Positions 10,401 through 22,749 of a stretch of 64,000 nt of DNA are shown piece by piece; the stretch's first letter is position 1, and each line of letters opens with the position of its first letter. Origin of the DNA: Sphyrna mokarran (Eukaryota); the NCBI GenBank assembly GCA_024679065.1, contig JAGIQG010000019.1, positions 38,998,001-39,062,000 of the forward strand, written 5' to 3'. The notes under the pieces were generated by a model that made no database searches, had not been told where the DNA came from, and worked only from the letters and a program-made list of their open reading frames with translations. Made by a program: the position numbers and the translations under genes.

Positions 10401-12479
10401 AGACACACCATTTGAAGAGCTTCATTTGCATGCTGCTCCTGAATATAGGAAGACTTTGTGCCTGGGGCTTTTACTCATCTCTTAGAATGGCTAAGAGACT
10501 GCTGCTGAGCACTTGCTAGCATTATAACATGTAGTTTCGAATGAAGAGGGAAGCTGCCAGACACCATAGACGATAGTAGCTCCTTACCTCTCCTTCTCTT
10601 TAAACACTGCAGGAGAAATGTGCACACAATGTTGAGAGTGGCCCAAAAGGTAGCGGGATACCATACTTCCAAATGATTTTAGGATTGAGGAATGGAAAAA
10701 CGCAGGCTCACAGACCAAGAAGTGGTGGTTTTTGTGAACTGTGTACTCGTGGTGAGAATGGTTCTTACAGGGGAGGGCTTAGTGACATTCTGACAACACA
10801 ACTGTGTGCAAGTGAGTTGACTGAAATAATTTTGGCTGGCCTTATTCTAGCAGTTGATACTTTTTTGCCTCAGCATGGAACACATTCTACTTATGCAGCT
10901 TGAAAATATATATACACAAAATAGCTGAACCATTTTCAGTCACAGGAGCTTCACATCATTAGACTCCAACTGTGAAGGAAATAGCTTTGCAATGGAAAGC
11001 GAGAGAAATAAGAGCAAAATTAAGCACCTTTGGTTTACACGAGGACATTATTGGGTAAGCAGAACCACTATTATTTATGGGATATTTCCAAAAGTAGTCA
11101 GAAACATGGATATTTGCCCAATTTCTCCGACTCCTTGGTGAATGCAAGAAAGGTACAAAATACCTGCAATGACATTTAGCATTGTGAAATAACAGGTCTA
11201 TGCGTAAATAGCCAAATACAGTTAAGCTGCTGTTATACTGCACGAGATCTGTGTTGGCCAATTCCTGAACACTTGTTTTTACTGAGTTAAGAATCGCAGT
11301 GGGAACAAAGAATTATCGAGAACACAAAAGATCTATAGAGCTAACAGAAGCAATCTAGTTTATCTAGTTTGTCCTTCCATGGAAACTTACAGCTTTACGT
11401 TGCAGCATCTGAATTCTTCTCAATTCCAGAATGTTTGCATCTCCGGTCCTACTAAGTATTAATCACTCTCTGACTGAACTAATACTTTTCTGGCAGCATT
11501 TTACTTGTTTGTAACCTATTCTGCAACTGTAGTTTAATTTTAAAAATCTAAATTTACCTTTTGCTTTTGGATTAATACTTTTCTTACAGCCCCAAGTTTC
11601 TAATTTATTTATCTTCTTTCAAGACAAAAGATCTAATTTTTTTCCCCGCCTTCTCTCAGATCGAAGCTACAAATTTTATCTCATTGCATCAAGTATTTTG
11701 TGCATTTGAATGGTGTTTTCTTTCATCTAGCTCCATCAGTGACAGTCACTGTTTCGTCATAACCAGCCACCTGGTGATACCAGGTACAATGCCTTATACA
11801 TCAGAAACAAATGAACAGAAAATAATGGAAAGATGACTGTCATTAAGTTAAAAATGTAACATTATGGGGCTGAAGGCAAAGTTTCTTCTTAATGCATAAC
11901 TTTAGGTAGTAAAAGGGTCTGGCACATATAAAGCTAATGTGGGACTGAGCAGTCATATCCAAACAATGATGTAAGAGAACACATGATCTGCACCTAGGAA
12001 TCAGTCAAGTGTTGGACAAAGCCTTGTGCATAAACAAGCATGGAGGTAGATTCGAGCTTGAAGTCTTTACTGTACATATGTAAATAGTTTCATAGTTAAT
12101 AAATGCATACATTTAACATATGTAGGATTATGTATACTTCACTGAGACCGACTGAATGCTATTCAACACCCACGGCAGCAGAGAATGGAAAAATCCAAAA
12201 CCTCACAAAAAATGTAGAGTACAACTAAACTCTTGCAAGTTTAATACCCCGATCTAAAGCAAATTTTGAGAAGCAAACAAGAAGAGGAAAATCACAAAGG
12301 TAAAGCTCCAAAAAAAAAAAGGGCTTGGAAGCTAAAGACAGAAATTCAAATTACGTCTGTGGCAGAAGATTATACAGGATCTCCTGGAAATTCAGCTTTG
12401 ATTTCCAGAAGGCAGAGTCAGCAGATCTACAGTGGTATCTAAACCCCACAACAGCATATATGTTTCCCACTTCAATTCA

Positions 12480-13110
12480 TAAACTCATATAATGGGCTCT
12501 CTGAAAGACAATCCCCACAAGTCCTATTACCCTTCTCTTTTTCCTTAGCATTGTAATTTTTCCCTTGAAGTATTTATCAAATCTCCTTCTGATACTTACT
12601 TATGAATCTGCTTCTTGCACCCTTTTAACTAATGCACTCAACAACAAAACAAACTTGAATAAAAATCATTCTCCAAACTTATCTCTGGTTCTTCTTCCAG
12701 TGACTTTAAATCTGTGCACACTAATTCCTGACCTTGCTGCCAGTGAATTTCCTCATCTTTATTATTAAATCTCCTCATAATTTTGACCACCTCTATTAAA
12801 TCTTCCCTTAACATCTTCCGCTGTAAGGAAGATGCTCCTAGTCTCTACAGCATTTTATAATATTTTTGTCCCTCATCATTGGTACTATTCTGATAAATCT
12901 GTTCTGCACACTCTCCAAGGTCTTGAAATATTTCCCAAAGAGTGCTACTCAGGATTGGCCACAACATTTCACCTGATTTAACAAGTTATTTGTAAAGGTT
13001 TAACACAACTACCTTGCTTTTATATCCAATGCTTTTATTTATAAAGGATCGTATATGCTTTTACAAATAGCCTTATCAACTTGTCTGCAAATTATTTGGC
13101 ATCTGCACCC
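12480..13110 (-). mobile_element. Old CR1 LINE fragment
   Basis: ctcataattttgaccacctctattaaatcttccctta is the reverse complement of a RGDLIEV.KIMR-like motif. Also contains ctgcacactctccaagg. Confidence 0.7.
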
Positions 13111-14023
13111 TCTTTAATATTAGAGAATAGTACTATTTAGTTTACATTTTGTATTACACGGCTCCATTGTTTCCCTGCACAGTCGTAAGTAGAAAGATCC
13201 AGAACTATGAAATGTTCCACACTATTGCTTGCTCTGATATGCCAGGATGGAGGTCACACGATAAATCACTTCCACCTCTGACTCTTCAAGCTGACCTGAC
13301 AGCAGTGCAACAGAGCAAACAAATTTCACAATAGGAAGCACCGATGCAGAGCAGCACTGCTATGCTTTGTTGGGCACATGACAGAACGGAAGATTATGGG
13401 GACAGAGAGTCAAGCCAGAGGCCATGATGCAGCTTAATGTCATTTGACAAAATATGATTTTTAATTCTTCAACTTGGTTGTTTGAATACTGACTGGAAAG
13501 TCTGTTCATCAGCAAACCACGCAATGGAGCGCAAACCTGACAGCTCAATGCTAAACGTGTTTTCATTTAAATAGGCCAGAAGCTGCTGCCCATTGGAACA
13601 ATCAAAATCTACAGACCTCAATGTCAATACTAGAAATACAAACAGGTAGAAAATATGATGCATCAATTTTGTTTAAAGGGACCACATTCGCCATGTTTCC
13701 TGACCATTTAGATCACTCTCGCCGAAACCTTTGTTCATACCTTCCTCATCTCAAGGTGCAATATTCCCAATACTCCCAACACAAGACTTTGACACTCCAC
13801 CCGTACAAACTTCAAATCAGCCAAATCTCCCCGTCAACTTTTTTAGATGCTATTCACAATGCAAACATCCATGCTGAAACTTCAACTTTACTCCGCGTAC
13901 CGTTCCACAGGCACTGAGTACGTCCTGACAATTGATTTCTTGAACTTTAATTGTAAGGGACAAGGTATATGTACGCAATGAGCCTATTCTTGTAGAACTC
14001 AAAGTACAATGCCCAACATTACT

Positions 14024-14270
14024 ATTTATTTATTATTGTCACAAATTAGTTTACATTAACACTGCAATGAAGCTACTGTGAAAATCCTCTAGTCACCACA
14101 CTCCGGCACCTGTTTGAATAAACCGAGGCAGAATGTACCATGGCCAATACACCTAACCAGCATGTCTTTCAGACTGTGGGAGGAAAGTGGAGCACCTGGA
14201 GGAAATCCACACAGACACAGGGAGAATGTACAAACTCATACAGACACTGACCCAAGCTGGGAATCAAATC
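14024..14270 (-). mobile_element. V-SINE with Rex1-like tail (head truncated)
   Basis: Tail tttattattgtcaca...attaacactgcaatgaagctactgtgaaaatcctctagtcaccacactccggc plus V-domain. Confidence 0.85.
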
Positions 14271-14479
14271 AGTGACATATAGGTGTGATTCTGCAACTGC
14301 GCAACATTAAATAATCCTCAGTGTGCTAATAATTACACTGACATCCAAATTAATATTATCAGTGTAGCACATCTGTGTGTTCTATAACTGACTCACACTC
14401 ATTGTCAGGGCCCTGTTCTTTGCAGACAGAAATAACATGGACACATATTGTACCTGTTTCAGCTAAACAAATTAAGTGA

Positions 14480-14752
14480 CAGCCACTCACTGACTCATTC
14501 CTCTGGGCAATGCCTTGGCCAATGTCAGGCGGCCTGGTTTAAATTTCAAACAATGCTTGACTTAGTTGTTAGTCACAATAAACTGGTGCATTTTTCATGG
14601 TAATGTCTCTACTGATCAAAGTCCACTTGCCAATCAAGCAGCACTCTCTTCTCATATAATATAAATTGTTGTTTTACCTTTGTATTGTATATATGAGAAG
14701 TATCCTGAGTGTAGGATCAAAAGCTTCGAATAGCTCTTTTCTCAGCAAAACG
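14480..14752 (+). mobile_element. Probable Penelope-like element 3' end (third family)
   Basis: gggcaatgccttggccaat...tataaattgttgt...tcctgagtgtaggatcaaaagcttcga resembles a recalled shark PLE terminus with a collapsed CTGATGA..GAAA core. Confidence 0.45.
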
Positions 14753-15449
14753 TTCAGTGTAATAGCAGTTATTTTGATTGCAGGGCATAGCAGAACCAAG
14801 ACTCATGTCATTGTTGTTCAAGAGCTGATTTTTCTATCCCTGCTGAGGCATTTTGTAGCTCTTATTCCCCTCTCTCCCCATCTAAGGTGAAATAATCCAG
14901 TTGTGATCTTGGTATGTATTTGATCCATTTACTCGTTGACAGGAGAAATGGGGAAAGTTCTCTCAATTTTCATTCCTCTCTGGCAGGTACTGACTTTTGC
15001 TAAGGCACAATTCTACAAGCATATCCATCCAATACCTTGACGAGCAGTTACTCCTTTTGTGACAGCCAGACAGTTGGTGTCAGCAGATTACAGAACTGTG
15101 AAGAGAATGACACAACTGTTCCCTCACTAAAGGTCCAACAAGGGTCAATAAACAACATTTAGAAACAGAAACCATGGCTGAAGAGACTGCTCCCTAAAGA
15201 AAAGTAAAGGTTTGATGAAAGGTGATATTAGACTGGGCTCCATCAATCAATGAAATACATACTTATTCTGGTATGTTGCCACTTGTTCAAAATTGAGGTC
15301 ATTCATCATCACTGCAGGACACTGTTGACTCTTACAATTGAACATGTACTACAGTCTTATGTTCAGAATACATCCAACAAAAATCTGTTGCTGTGTAAAA
15401 ATCAAATGCTGTGTTAACAAACTTGGGTCCTAGAGAGGCATTCTGGATA

Positions 15450-15830
15450 AATGCATCACGTCATGTGGAATTGAGACATGGAAAACAGAACATTCCATGC
15501 TTGGTGCCTGTGCAGATTCTGCTAATTTAAGTGAGGCCAGCAGGTTTTAAATTTCTCCTCAGCAGCTCTGGCTGTGGGAAAGAAAAATTGGCCAGGCCTC
15601 CTGCTTTTAATTATAGTCAAATGGCCCTGCAGGAAAAAGTGCACATGTGAGAACCTCTGGTGAGAACAGGCTCAGGCTCAGCTGTGACGCCTCCACAGTT
15701 GAATTAGTCTGCCAACACTCACTCACTAGTGAAGAATAGCCGTTTGATTGTGGTGCTAGAAGACTATCTGTGCCTTCACAGAAACTATCTCAATAAGATA
15801 CAGCACCTGCAGAAGAGGAGAGCAAGTTCA
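15450..15830 (+). mobile_element. Ancient SINE-like repeat (same family as 5770)
   Basis: gaaaaattggccaggcctcctgct...ctgcaggaaaaagtgcacatgtg...aggctcagctgtgacgcc...ctgccaacactcactc. Confidence 0.55.
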
Positions 15831-16271
15831 CAGAGGTTGGGTTGTGTCATTCCAATGAACTTGACTAATGATAAAGATTATGTTTATCTCCAGGCAAGAT
15901 AATATTCTGCAAAGAAATTGCAGCAATGCCAGGATAACGATTGGCTGGGTCTCTCCGTCCTTGCTACATACACACTCTATCACTGACTAAGTTCAAAATA
16001 AAATCTTATATCACATTAGATTAAGGGATTGTATTGGCAGCTCAACAAATGGGATAAGTTAGGAATGTAGTCAATGCAATGTACGGTCTACATTTCTAAG
16101 GCAGTGTTACCATAATGCAGATCACAAAATAGTTGGTTTTAAAAGTAACAGTCCTGGATAGCTTGTCAATAGATAGACAGTGAATATTCTGGTGGGAAAA
16201 AATGCACTAACTTATATACTTACACCTGTTGCCTAAGTAAGCCTCACAAGACAAACACGAGCCGCACATTA

Positions 16272-16428
16272 ACTTGACCTTTCTCTACACCCTAACCATG
16301 ACTGTAACACTACATTTTGCACTCTCTCCTTTCCTCCTCAATGAATGGTATGCTCTGTGTCATGCACAAAAAGCAACACTTTTCAGTATGTTTATACATG
16401 TGACAATAATAAATCAAATCAAATCAAA
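16272..16428 (+). mobile_element. Rex1/Babar LINE 3' UTR fragment
   Basis: Aligns by eye with 18800-18950. Ends tacatgtgacaataataaatcaaatcaaatcaaa (AAATC tail). Confidence 0.75.
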
Positions 16429-17239
16429 AGATACAGAATGTGACTGAGGGAGGTTTTTGATCAGTGTTGAATTTGTTTCAAATGGGTTTTCGCTGCACCA
16501 TTCAGATTTCAAAATCTAATGTCCCAGTGACCACAACTATTGAAACCTTTGGACTGTATCATTGACTTCCCTGAGTATTAGTTCCAGGTTTTCAAGTCTG
16601 CTGAGTGATGTGTGTCAGTTCAAAACCAAAATGAGAAGCATTCAGAAGCTGATGAATAGATTCAAATTCGAACTGTTCAGATGCAGTAAGTACGTCAAAG
16701 CTCATCATTTTGCCTGGAAGAGCCTTACATTCGGAGATATTTTTCTGTTTGATTGCAATAAGATGCATACCCCAGCAGCATGCATCAAATTCAACACAGC
16801 ATGCTTTTTCTAATGGAACTTCTGCTAATGGCTACAGGGTCTTACTGAAGTGAACAGAATTGTTCACCCTACTCAGGAGGTAAAAGTACTATGAGTAAAA
16901 TGATGTAAAAGTATCTGATTGCATTATCATGTGAAGAGGTCTTTGAATACTTCCCTCATTAGGAAAAAAAAATCAAACCTCTCAAAAGAGCGATTATTGT
17001 GAATGACCAGATAAGTACTTTGAATTTGACCTTTTCAACATACTCTTGCCTTTTAGCTTGTTTGTAGCTGATGCATAAACATCAAATTTGACCCACTGAT
17101 GTAGATGCCTTTGAGACAGCCCTCCCGCTCCCCCTCCCCCATTTTTGATAATTTTTTAATATATTTAATAACATTTCACAATAGATGAATTTGAAGGAAA
17201 ATGGGTAAACACATCAGAGATATAGGAATAGGATATATT

Positions 17240-17530
17240 GGGGGTGATACAGTGGCACAGTGGTTAGCACTGCTGTGTCACAACACCAGGGACCCAGTTC
17301 AAATACTGTCTTCGGGTCACTATCTGTTGGAGTTTGCACATTCTCCCCGTGTCTGCATGGGTTTCCTCCGGGTGCTCTGGTTTCTTCCCACAGTCCGAAG
17401 ATGTGCGCATTAGGTTGATTGGTCAAGCTAAATTATCCCCTAATGTCAGGGGGATAGGATCTGGGTAGGAGGGTCGTCAGTGCAGGCTCGATGGGCCAGA
17501 TGGCCTTCTTCTGCATTGTAGACCCTATTC
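17240..17530 (+). mobile_element. HE1-type V-SINE, near full length
   Basis: Head gtggcacagtggttagcactgctg, V-domain ggagtttgcacattctccccgtgtctgc, and CR1-type tail ggctcgatgggccagatggccttcttctgcattgtag. Confidence 0.9.
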
Positions 17531-18589
17531 ATGGATTGGGAGAAGAATGGAGAGAAGAAGCTTGCATGGATCTGTTGGGTTGAGTGCCCTATTTCTGTGC
17601 TGCAAAATCTTCATCACATTTTTAAATTGTAGTCTGTATTTTGTTTCATTGAATCAGAGTTAGGGAGCAGAAAGTGTCATTTTGAATTCTCGCTACTGAT
17701 GGCTGCTACTCTGACTCCAGTTGCGTGTTTTTGCTGATCAAGGTGAAGATCATGCTCGATAATGATGTAACCTTTCCTCTACGTGTATTCTGTAGGTTCA
17801 CAACATGAAGGAGGACAAATTGAATGACATGCTGGATGGACCCACAGAACTGCACATTAAGAAACAAGCTACATATACCAGCCTCTTAAGGACTGATAGG
17901 CAGATTTCTTGTCAGTATGGATTCAATGCAGGAGAATAATTGTACGTACACAGACACACACATGGCAACATATATGGAATAAAGAAGTCTCTTGTCTGCA
18001 CTAACTATGCAAACTAAATAAAAACCATTAAAAAAATACAAATTACTTAGTAATTCTTTGAAGTGTGTAGGCAGCATTACCCTGTATTTTACACTCACAA
18101 CATTCCACCCTTCAGAAACAGTGTAGGTCGAATGGACAGCAATATTGCAAACAGAAAGATGACAGAAACATTCTCCTCTTGACCCTGAGAGCAAGCATGC
18201 AGATTCAGTGATGGAGCAAAAATGAAGATTTATACTTTCAATCTATATCTTGCACAGGCAACCTGTCAGAACCACAGTTCTAATTAAAATAATCAATCAG
18301 AAAGCTAGAGGAGAGGTAGAAGTAGATGAGAAGCATCAACAGTTCTGTGTCAACAAATACCGTCAAAACAAAGACAGTTTGGAGACAACTTCTGGCACTT
18401 TTACTGCTCTACTAGTTGCCGAATTGATAGTGCTGCACACATCACTGCTGCTTTGAACATAACGTAGCAAAACAATTCTATGTGAGGAAGCAGCTACACA
18501 TACACACACCCAACTGCCTTTAAAGTGTTGAATAATAGTTTTACTTGTTAAAGACAAGATCAAAAACCCCAATGTATGTTATGTAGTTA

Positions 18590-18950
18590 GAACCAGCCTT
18601 CCATCCATTAACTTTGTCTATGCTTCCTGCTGCCTCAGCAAAGCAGCCAGCGTAGTTAAGGACACCATGCGCCCTGAACATTCTCTTTCCACCTTCTGTC
18701 CAGAAAAAGATACAAAAGTCTAAGTCATGTACCAATTGACTCAAGAACAGCTTCTTCTCTGCTGCTGCCAGACTTTTGAATGGACTTACCTTGCACTAAG
18801 CTGATCTTTCTCTAAGCTCTAGCTATGACTGCAATGCTCCATTTTGTGCTCTCTCGTTTCTTTTTCTATGAACAGAATGTTTTGTCTTATAATGCCTAAG
18901 AAACAATACTTTTCACTGTATTCTAATACATGTGAGAATAATAAATCAAA
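18590..18950 (+). mobile_element. Rex1/Babar LINE 3' fragment
   Basis: Decayed C-terminus CLSKAASVVKD..(HP).HSLF...KRYKSL.S.TN.LKNSFF.AA.RLLN, followed by a 3' UTR and an aataaatcaaat tail. Confidence 0.8.
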
Positions 18951-19231
18951 TTAATTATTTTTTTAATTTGGCATTGGTCTGAGGATAAGTTGTTTCACTC
19001 CAGGTGTAATTCGATTGACACACGAGAAAGTTTTTAGCAAAACAGTTGGCAATCCAATTTGCGATAAATTGTAAATGAAGACGGCTCTGAATGCTTCTTG
19101 TTGAGGTTTTATAGCAGGTTTTTCATTCAGTTATGTGTGATAGATATGTGTAAAGTGAGCAGAGATACCTTATAAGAGGTTTTCACTCATCCATTCAATT
19201 TCTTTGCCAGCAATTGTCCCTCAACCAACAA

Positions 19232-20060
19232 ACACTTGCATTTAACACCCACCTTTAATTAGAAAAAAAAAATTCATGACATTTCATAGAAGGATAATAA
19301 AAAATAAACAGATGCTGAGTCAAACCCAAAGGTATCATAAAAGGTGACCAAATATTTGGCCAGAGGAATAGTCCAAAGAGGAGTAAATTTGAGAGGAATG
19401 GACTAAGATGGGCTGAGTGGTCTTTTGCTGTACTGTAGAGATTCTACGATTCTAAGGTGGCTCAACCACCATCAATGATGGGACAGAGGAATGCAGGATG
19501 TACAAGAAACTAGAAATGGGTAAATTGAGAGCTGATTGAGCAAGGGGGTGGCTGAAGTCATGGATAGAAAGACAGCAGGGTTATAAATTTGCTTAAGTAG
19601 TGGATATTATTGAAGCAAGGAAGCCTGAGACCACGAAAAGATTTAAACATAAACGGAGTTTTAAATTGAAGCCACGAGGGGCTGGGAGCAAATGTTGGCC
19701 GGCTACAACTGGAGTAATGAATCAGCAAGAATCAGTGTTTCAGGAGGGTTAAAGTTGACAAAGTATGGAGGGTGGGAAGCAGGCCAGTAAAGTATTTGAA
19801 CCTTCAAATCATGACAAAGACATGAGCATATTGGTTGTAAATAATCTGAGGTGAGACAGAAGCTGGCAAAATTATGGAGCTGAAAATATGCGTTCTTTGT
19901 TGTTGTTGAAAGAACAGCTCAGAACTGAATCCAATGCTAAGGGAACAATCTTCTCCAAGTGAAACAGCAGCTGGAAAAAGGGAGAGGAAGGAATGGCAAG
20001 GGTAAAATATTTATGGCATGAAACTGAATGGGTCTAGAGAGGTGGTAGATAGTAAGGCTG
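19232..20060 (-). mobile_element. L2 LINE fragment with a short CR1/HE1 tail inserted (about 19395-19455)
   Basis: acttgcattta..acctttaa...aaaggtgaccaaata. The insert reads gatgggctgagtggtcttttgctgtactgtagagattctacgattcta. Confidence 0.6.
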
Positions 20061-21319
20061 AGTGGCAGCAATGTCATTGTAGGGATGCTTCTCTGAACTG
20101 GATCATTAATTTGTCCATAAAAAAAACATTCTTTAAAAGTAAACAATTGGCTGTGACATTGTGTTAATGCAAAAGTGGTTCCTTTTTTAGTTAGTTTTTT
20201 TTTACTGGGGCTGAAAATGCTTGACAGTTTTTAATGCATTATACTAAATTCAGCCCTATGTAATTTATATTAGCACTACACACAATCATTTAACTAACCA
20301 AATAAAACAGGCATCTGGAGGTCCATTTAAAACTTCCTTAATGAAGTAGTAAGCCCAAACAGAACTTTAGAAACATTTCTGAACCCTATTTTGCTTATTT
20401 TCCTTTTTCTGATTTCACTTAGTTGGTCAGAAGATTTTGTGCCTAGCATGCACGAGTGTTGAGGTACAATGGAAGGATTCCAGGAATGACTGACAAAAAG
20501 CAGACTGTGCCCAATTTTCCATGATTTTTCACAACCTGCCTGTATTTGCCTGGTAATAAAGCAGAGTTAGTACACAGACTCTGTCAATCCATCTAGATGC
20601 AGAGGTGAGACATGCTCTACAAGTCATCTGGATTGGCAATAAGAGTTTTGCTTCCTTGCTTCCATCTCATTCTACTTCTACTGTACCAGTTTTCTAACTG
20701 GGAAAGGCAGTTTCACTGCTGTGTGGTACCACTGAATGCCAACAGATTCAATGCTGCTTTGACATTTGTTGTTCCTCACCAAAGCCAGATTAGCAATCAT
20801 TAGAAAGTCTAGTAACTGTTTTCCTTGTTCAATTTAGTACAGCTGTCAGCACATTATTTAAAACACAGAGTGACCAACACATGGCTTACAATTGAGAAGT
20901 GGAAGCATAAATGCTGCAATCATTTGAGAAACAGCCAAGTGCTGTTAACATGGGCTGCAGTTCAATTTTTCATGGATGGATGAAATGAGATGGATACAAT
21001 ATGGACTCTTTCATTTGTATCAGCCAGATTGTGTCAGTCTTGAGAAGCAACCATCCTTGTTACTGCATTACAAAAAGATGCAAAACAAGAAGAAACCAGC
21101 AAGTGAGAAAAATGAACAAGATATGTGTTCACAGAAGAGTAACATAACAAAAGTAAAAACACGATTACTTGTAAAATACTTCAACATGCAGGCATCCTTT
21201 ATAAAGTTCATTATGTTCAATAATGTTCCGTGTAATCTGCCCGACAGGCAGCTCAGAGATGATGTTCGGGTCAGCCTGCAGCACACGCACTCATTATCTA
21301 CGCCCAGTCAGAGCTCAAC

Positions 21320-21545
21320 AACAACGTACATGATGCTTTTCAAGTGTTATACCACCCCAAGATGCTTCACAGAAACGTTACCAGGCAAAAATATGACACT
21401 GAGCCACAAAGGGATAATAGGGAAGATGACCAAAATTTTGGTCAAAGAGGAAAGTTTTAAGGAGAGATGGGAGGCAGAGAGAGAGAGAGAAAGATGGTAG
21501 CTAATCCCAGAATTTAGGGCAAAGGCAACTGAAAAGGAAATCCAG
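21320..21545 (-). mobile_element. L2 LINE 3' fragment
   Basis: ccccaagatgcttcacag...tgacactgagccaca...gatgaccaaaattttggtcaaagagg. Confidence 0.65.
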
Positions 21546-21892
21546 GTGTGCAGCGGCTTACCTTTGTGAGTCTGACAAGTTTACTTTGGCACTGTTGCCA
21601 GTTGTGACAGTCATGGGTTAAATGCCAGCATGATACAAAACTAAGAGATGAGAAGCTCTGGAGTCCATAACTCCATGTTCCAGCTTTATAGAGGTTATAC
21701 AATAGGTGGATGCAAATTGAAGTTTGAAGATAAGATTTATGGGTAGCATTAACATCTAATCAACATTTGGATGCTGGTGAACACAACTCTGGTTGTGAAA
21801 ACTTGGAATTAGGAATAGAAAGATGCATGTTTGGGGCACAGCTTATCTTCTGGCTAGGTACATGATACTTGCTGGTCTCAACATTGAAATCA

Positions 21893-21960
21893 ACAACAAA
21901 GAGCATTACAGCACAGGAACAGGCCCTCCAAGCCGGCACTGATCATGCTGCCCAATTTAC
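21893..21960 (-). mobile_element. Short CR1 3' tail
   Basis: aacaaagagcattacagcacaggaacaggccctccaagccggcactgatcatgctgcc. Confidence 0.7.
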
Positions 21961-22279
21961 TTTGATGTGAACCACCCTCCAGTGGCTGAGCCAGGATGGA
22001 GCCATTTAAGCTTGGCCTATTCCCAGGAGGGAGGGAGATGCCCCGCAGCTGCAAACCAGGGAGCTGACAATGGTTCTGAAAGGTTTGCGGATCCATAAAG
22101 TGTTTCCAAATTCTCTCCAACATCCAGTTGCTGACTCCAGTCAGCTCCCGCTGTGACTTGTCCTCACGGTAAAGGGTGAGCCTATGCTTGGGCCAGAAGT
22201 TGATGCCGTTTTGCAGTCGTGGTTTCCATTCCTACCCTATGCCCACAATCTCCTCCTGAACAATCCCCAACATCATGAC

Positions 22280-22749
22280 TGACATCTTCAGATGATTAGC
22301 CCTGCCCTACCTCGACCCCTTTGTTTTCATTTCATTTTTAACTGTTCTGTATTTTCTTTTTCTTTAGCGTCCTTACTGTTCTTTCCCCGTCATCTTTCCC
22401 AGTATTCTATCCCCCGTTCCTTACCTTTTCCTTCCCTTTGCTCCCTCTTTTTCTCAATTTTACCTCTCTCCCATCCATCACCCCTTTCCCCCCACATCTT
22501 CACCTGTCACAGTTTACCCTCTGATTATAGCTTCTCTACCATTCGGCCATTCATATTTTTTGTTCTCCCTATGGGCTGCCATTATTTTGCCCTTGTTTTT
22601 GTGGCTATGACTCATCTTTCATTCCCTCCCCCAGCAGTATAAATATCTTCCACTTTCTATGTCTTTTAGCTTTGACAAAGAGTCAGCTCTTGTCTCTCCT
22701 TACAGATGCTGCAAGACCTGCAGAGATTTTCCAGCATTTTCTCTTTTGG
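22280..22749 (+). mobile_element. Penelope-like element 3' region and pseudo-LTR
   Basis: Long pyrimidine-rich tract, then agctttgacaaagagtcagctcttgtctctccttacagatgctgcaagacctgcagagattttccagcattttctcttttgg. Confidence 0.7.

Noticed and set aside
16649-16675. CTGATGA word suggesting an intact hammerhead (also 47274, and CTGAAGA at 61037)
   Set aside because: No stem II followed by GAAA, so the core is incomplete.
17240-17310. tRNA-like A and B boxes (also at 3190, 9390, 39100, 45540, 53287)
   Set aside because: These are SINE heads followed by the V-domain, not tRNA genes.
20976-21500. Longest ORF in the track (174 aa)
   Set aside because: No recognisable domain or splice context, and its 3' third runs through an antisense L2 fragment. 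Most likely a chance ORF.
22292-22642. Phe/Ser/Pro/Leu-rich 116-aa ORF
   Set aside because: Translation of the pyrimidine tract of a Penelope-like 3' region.
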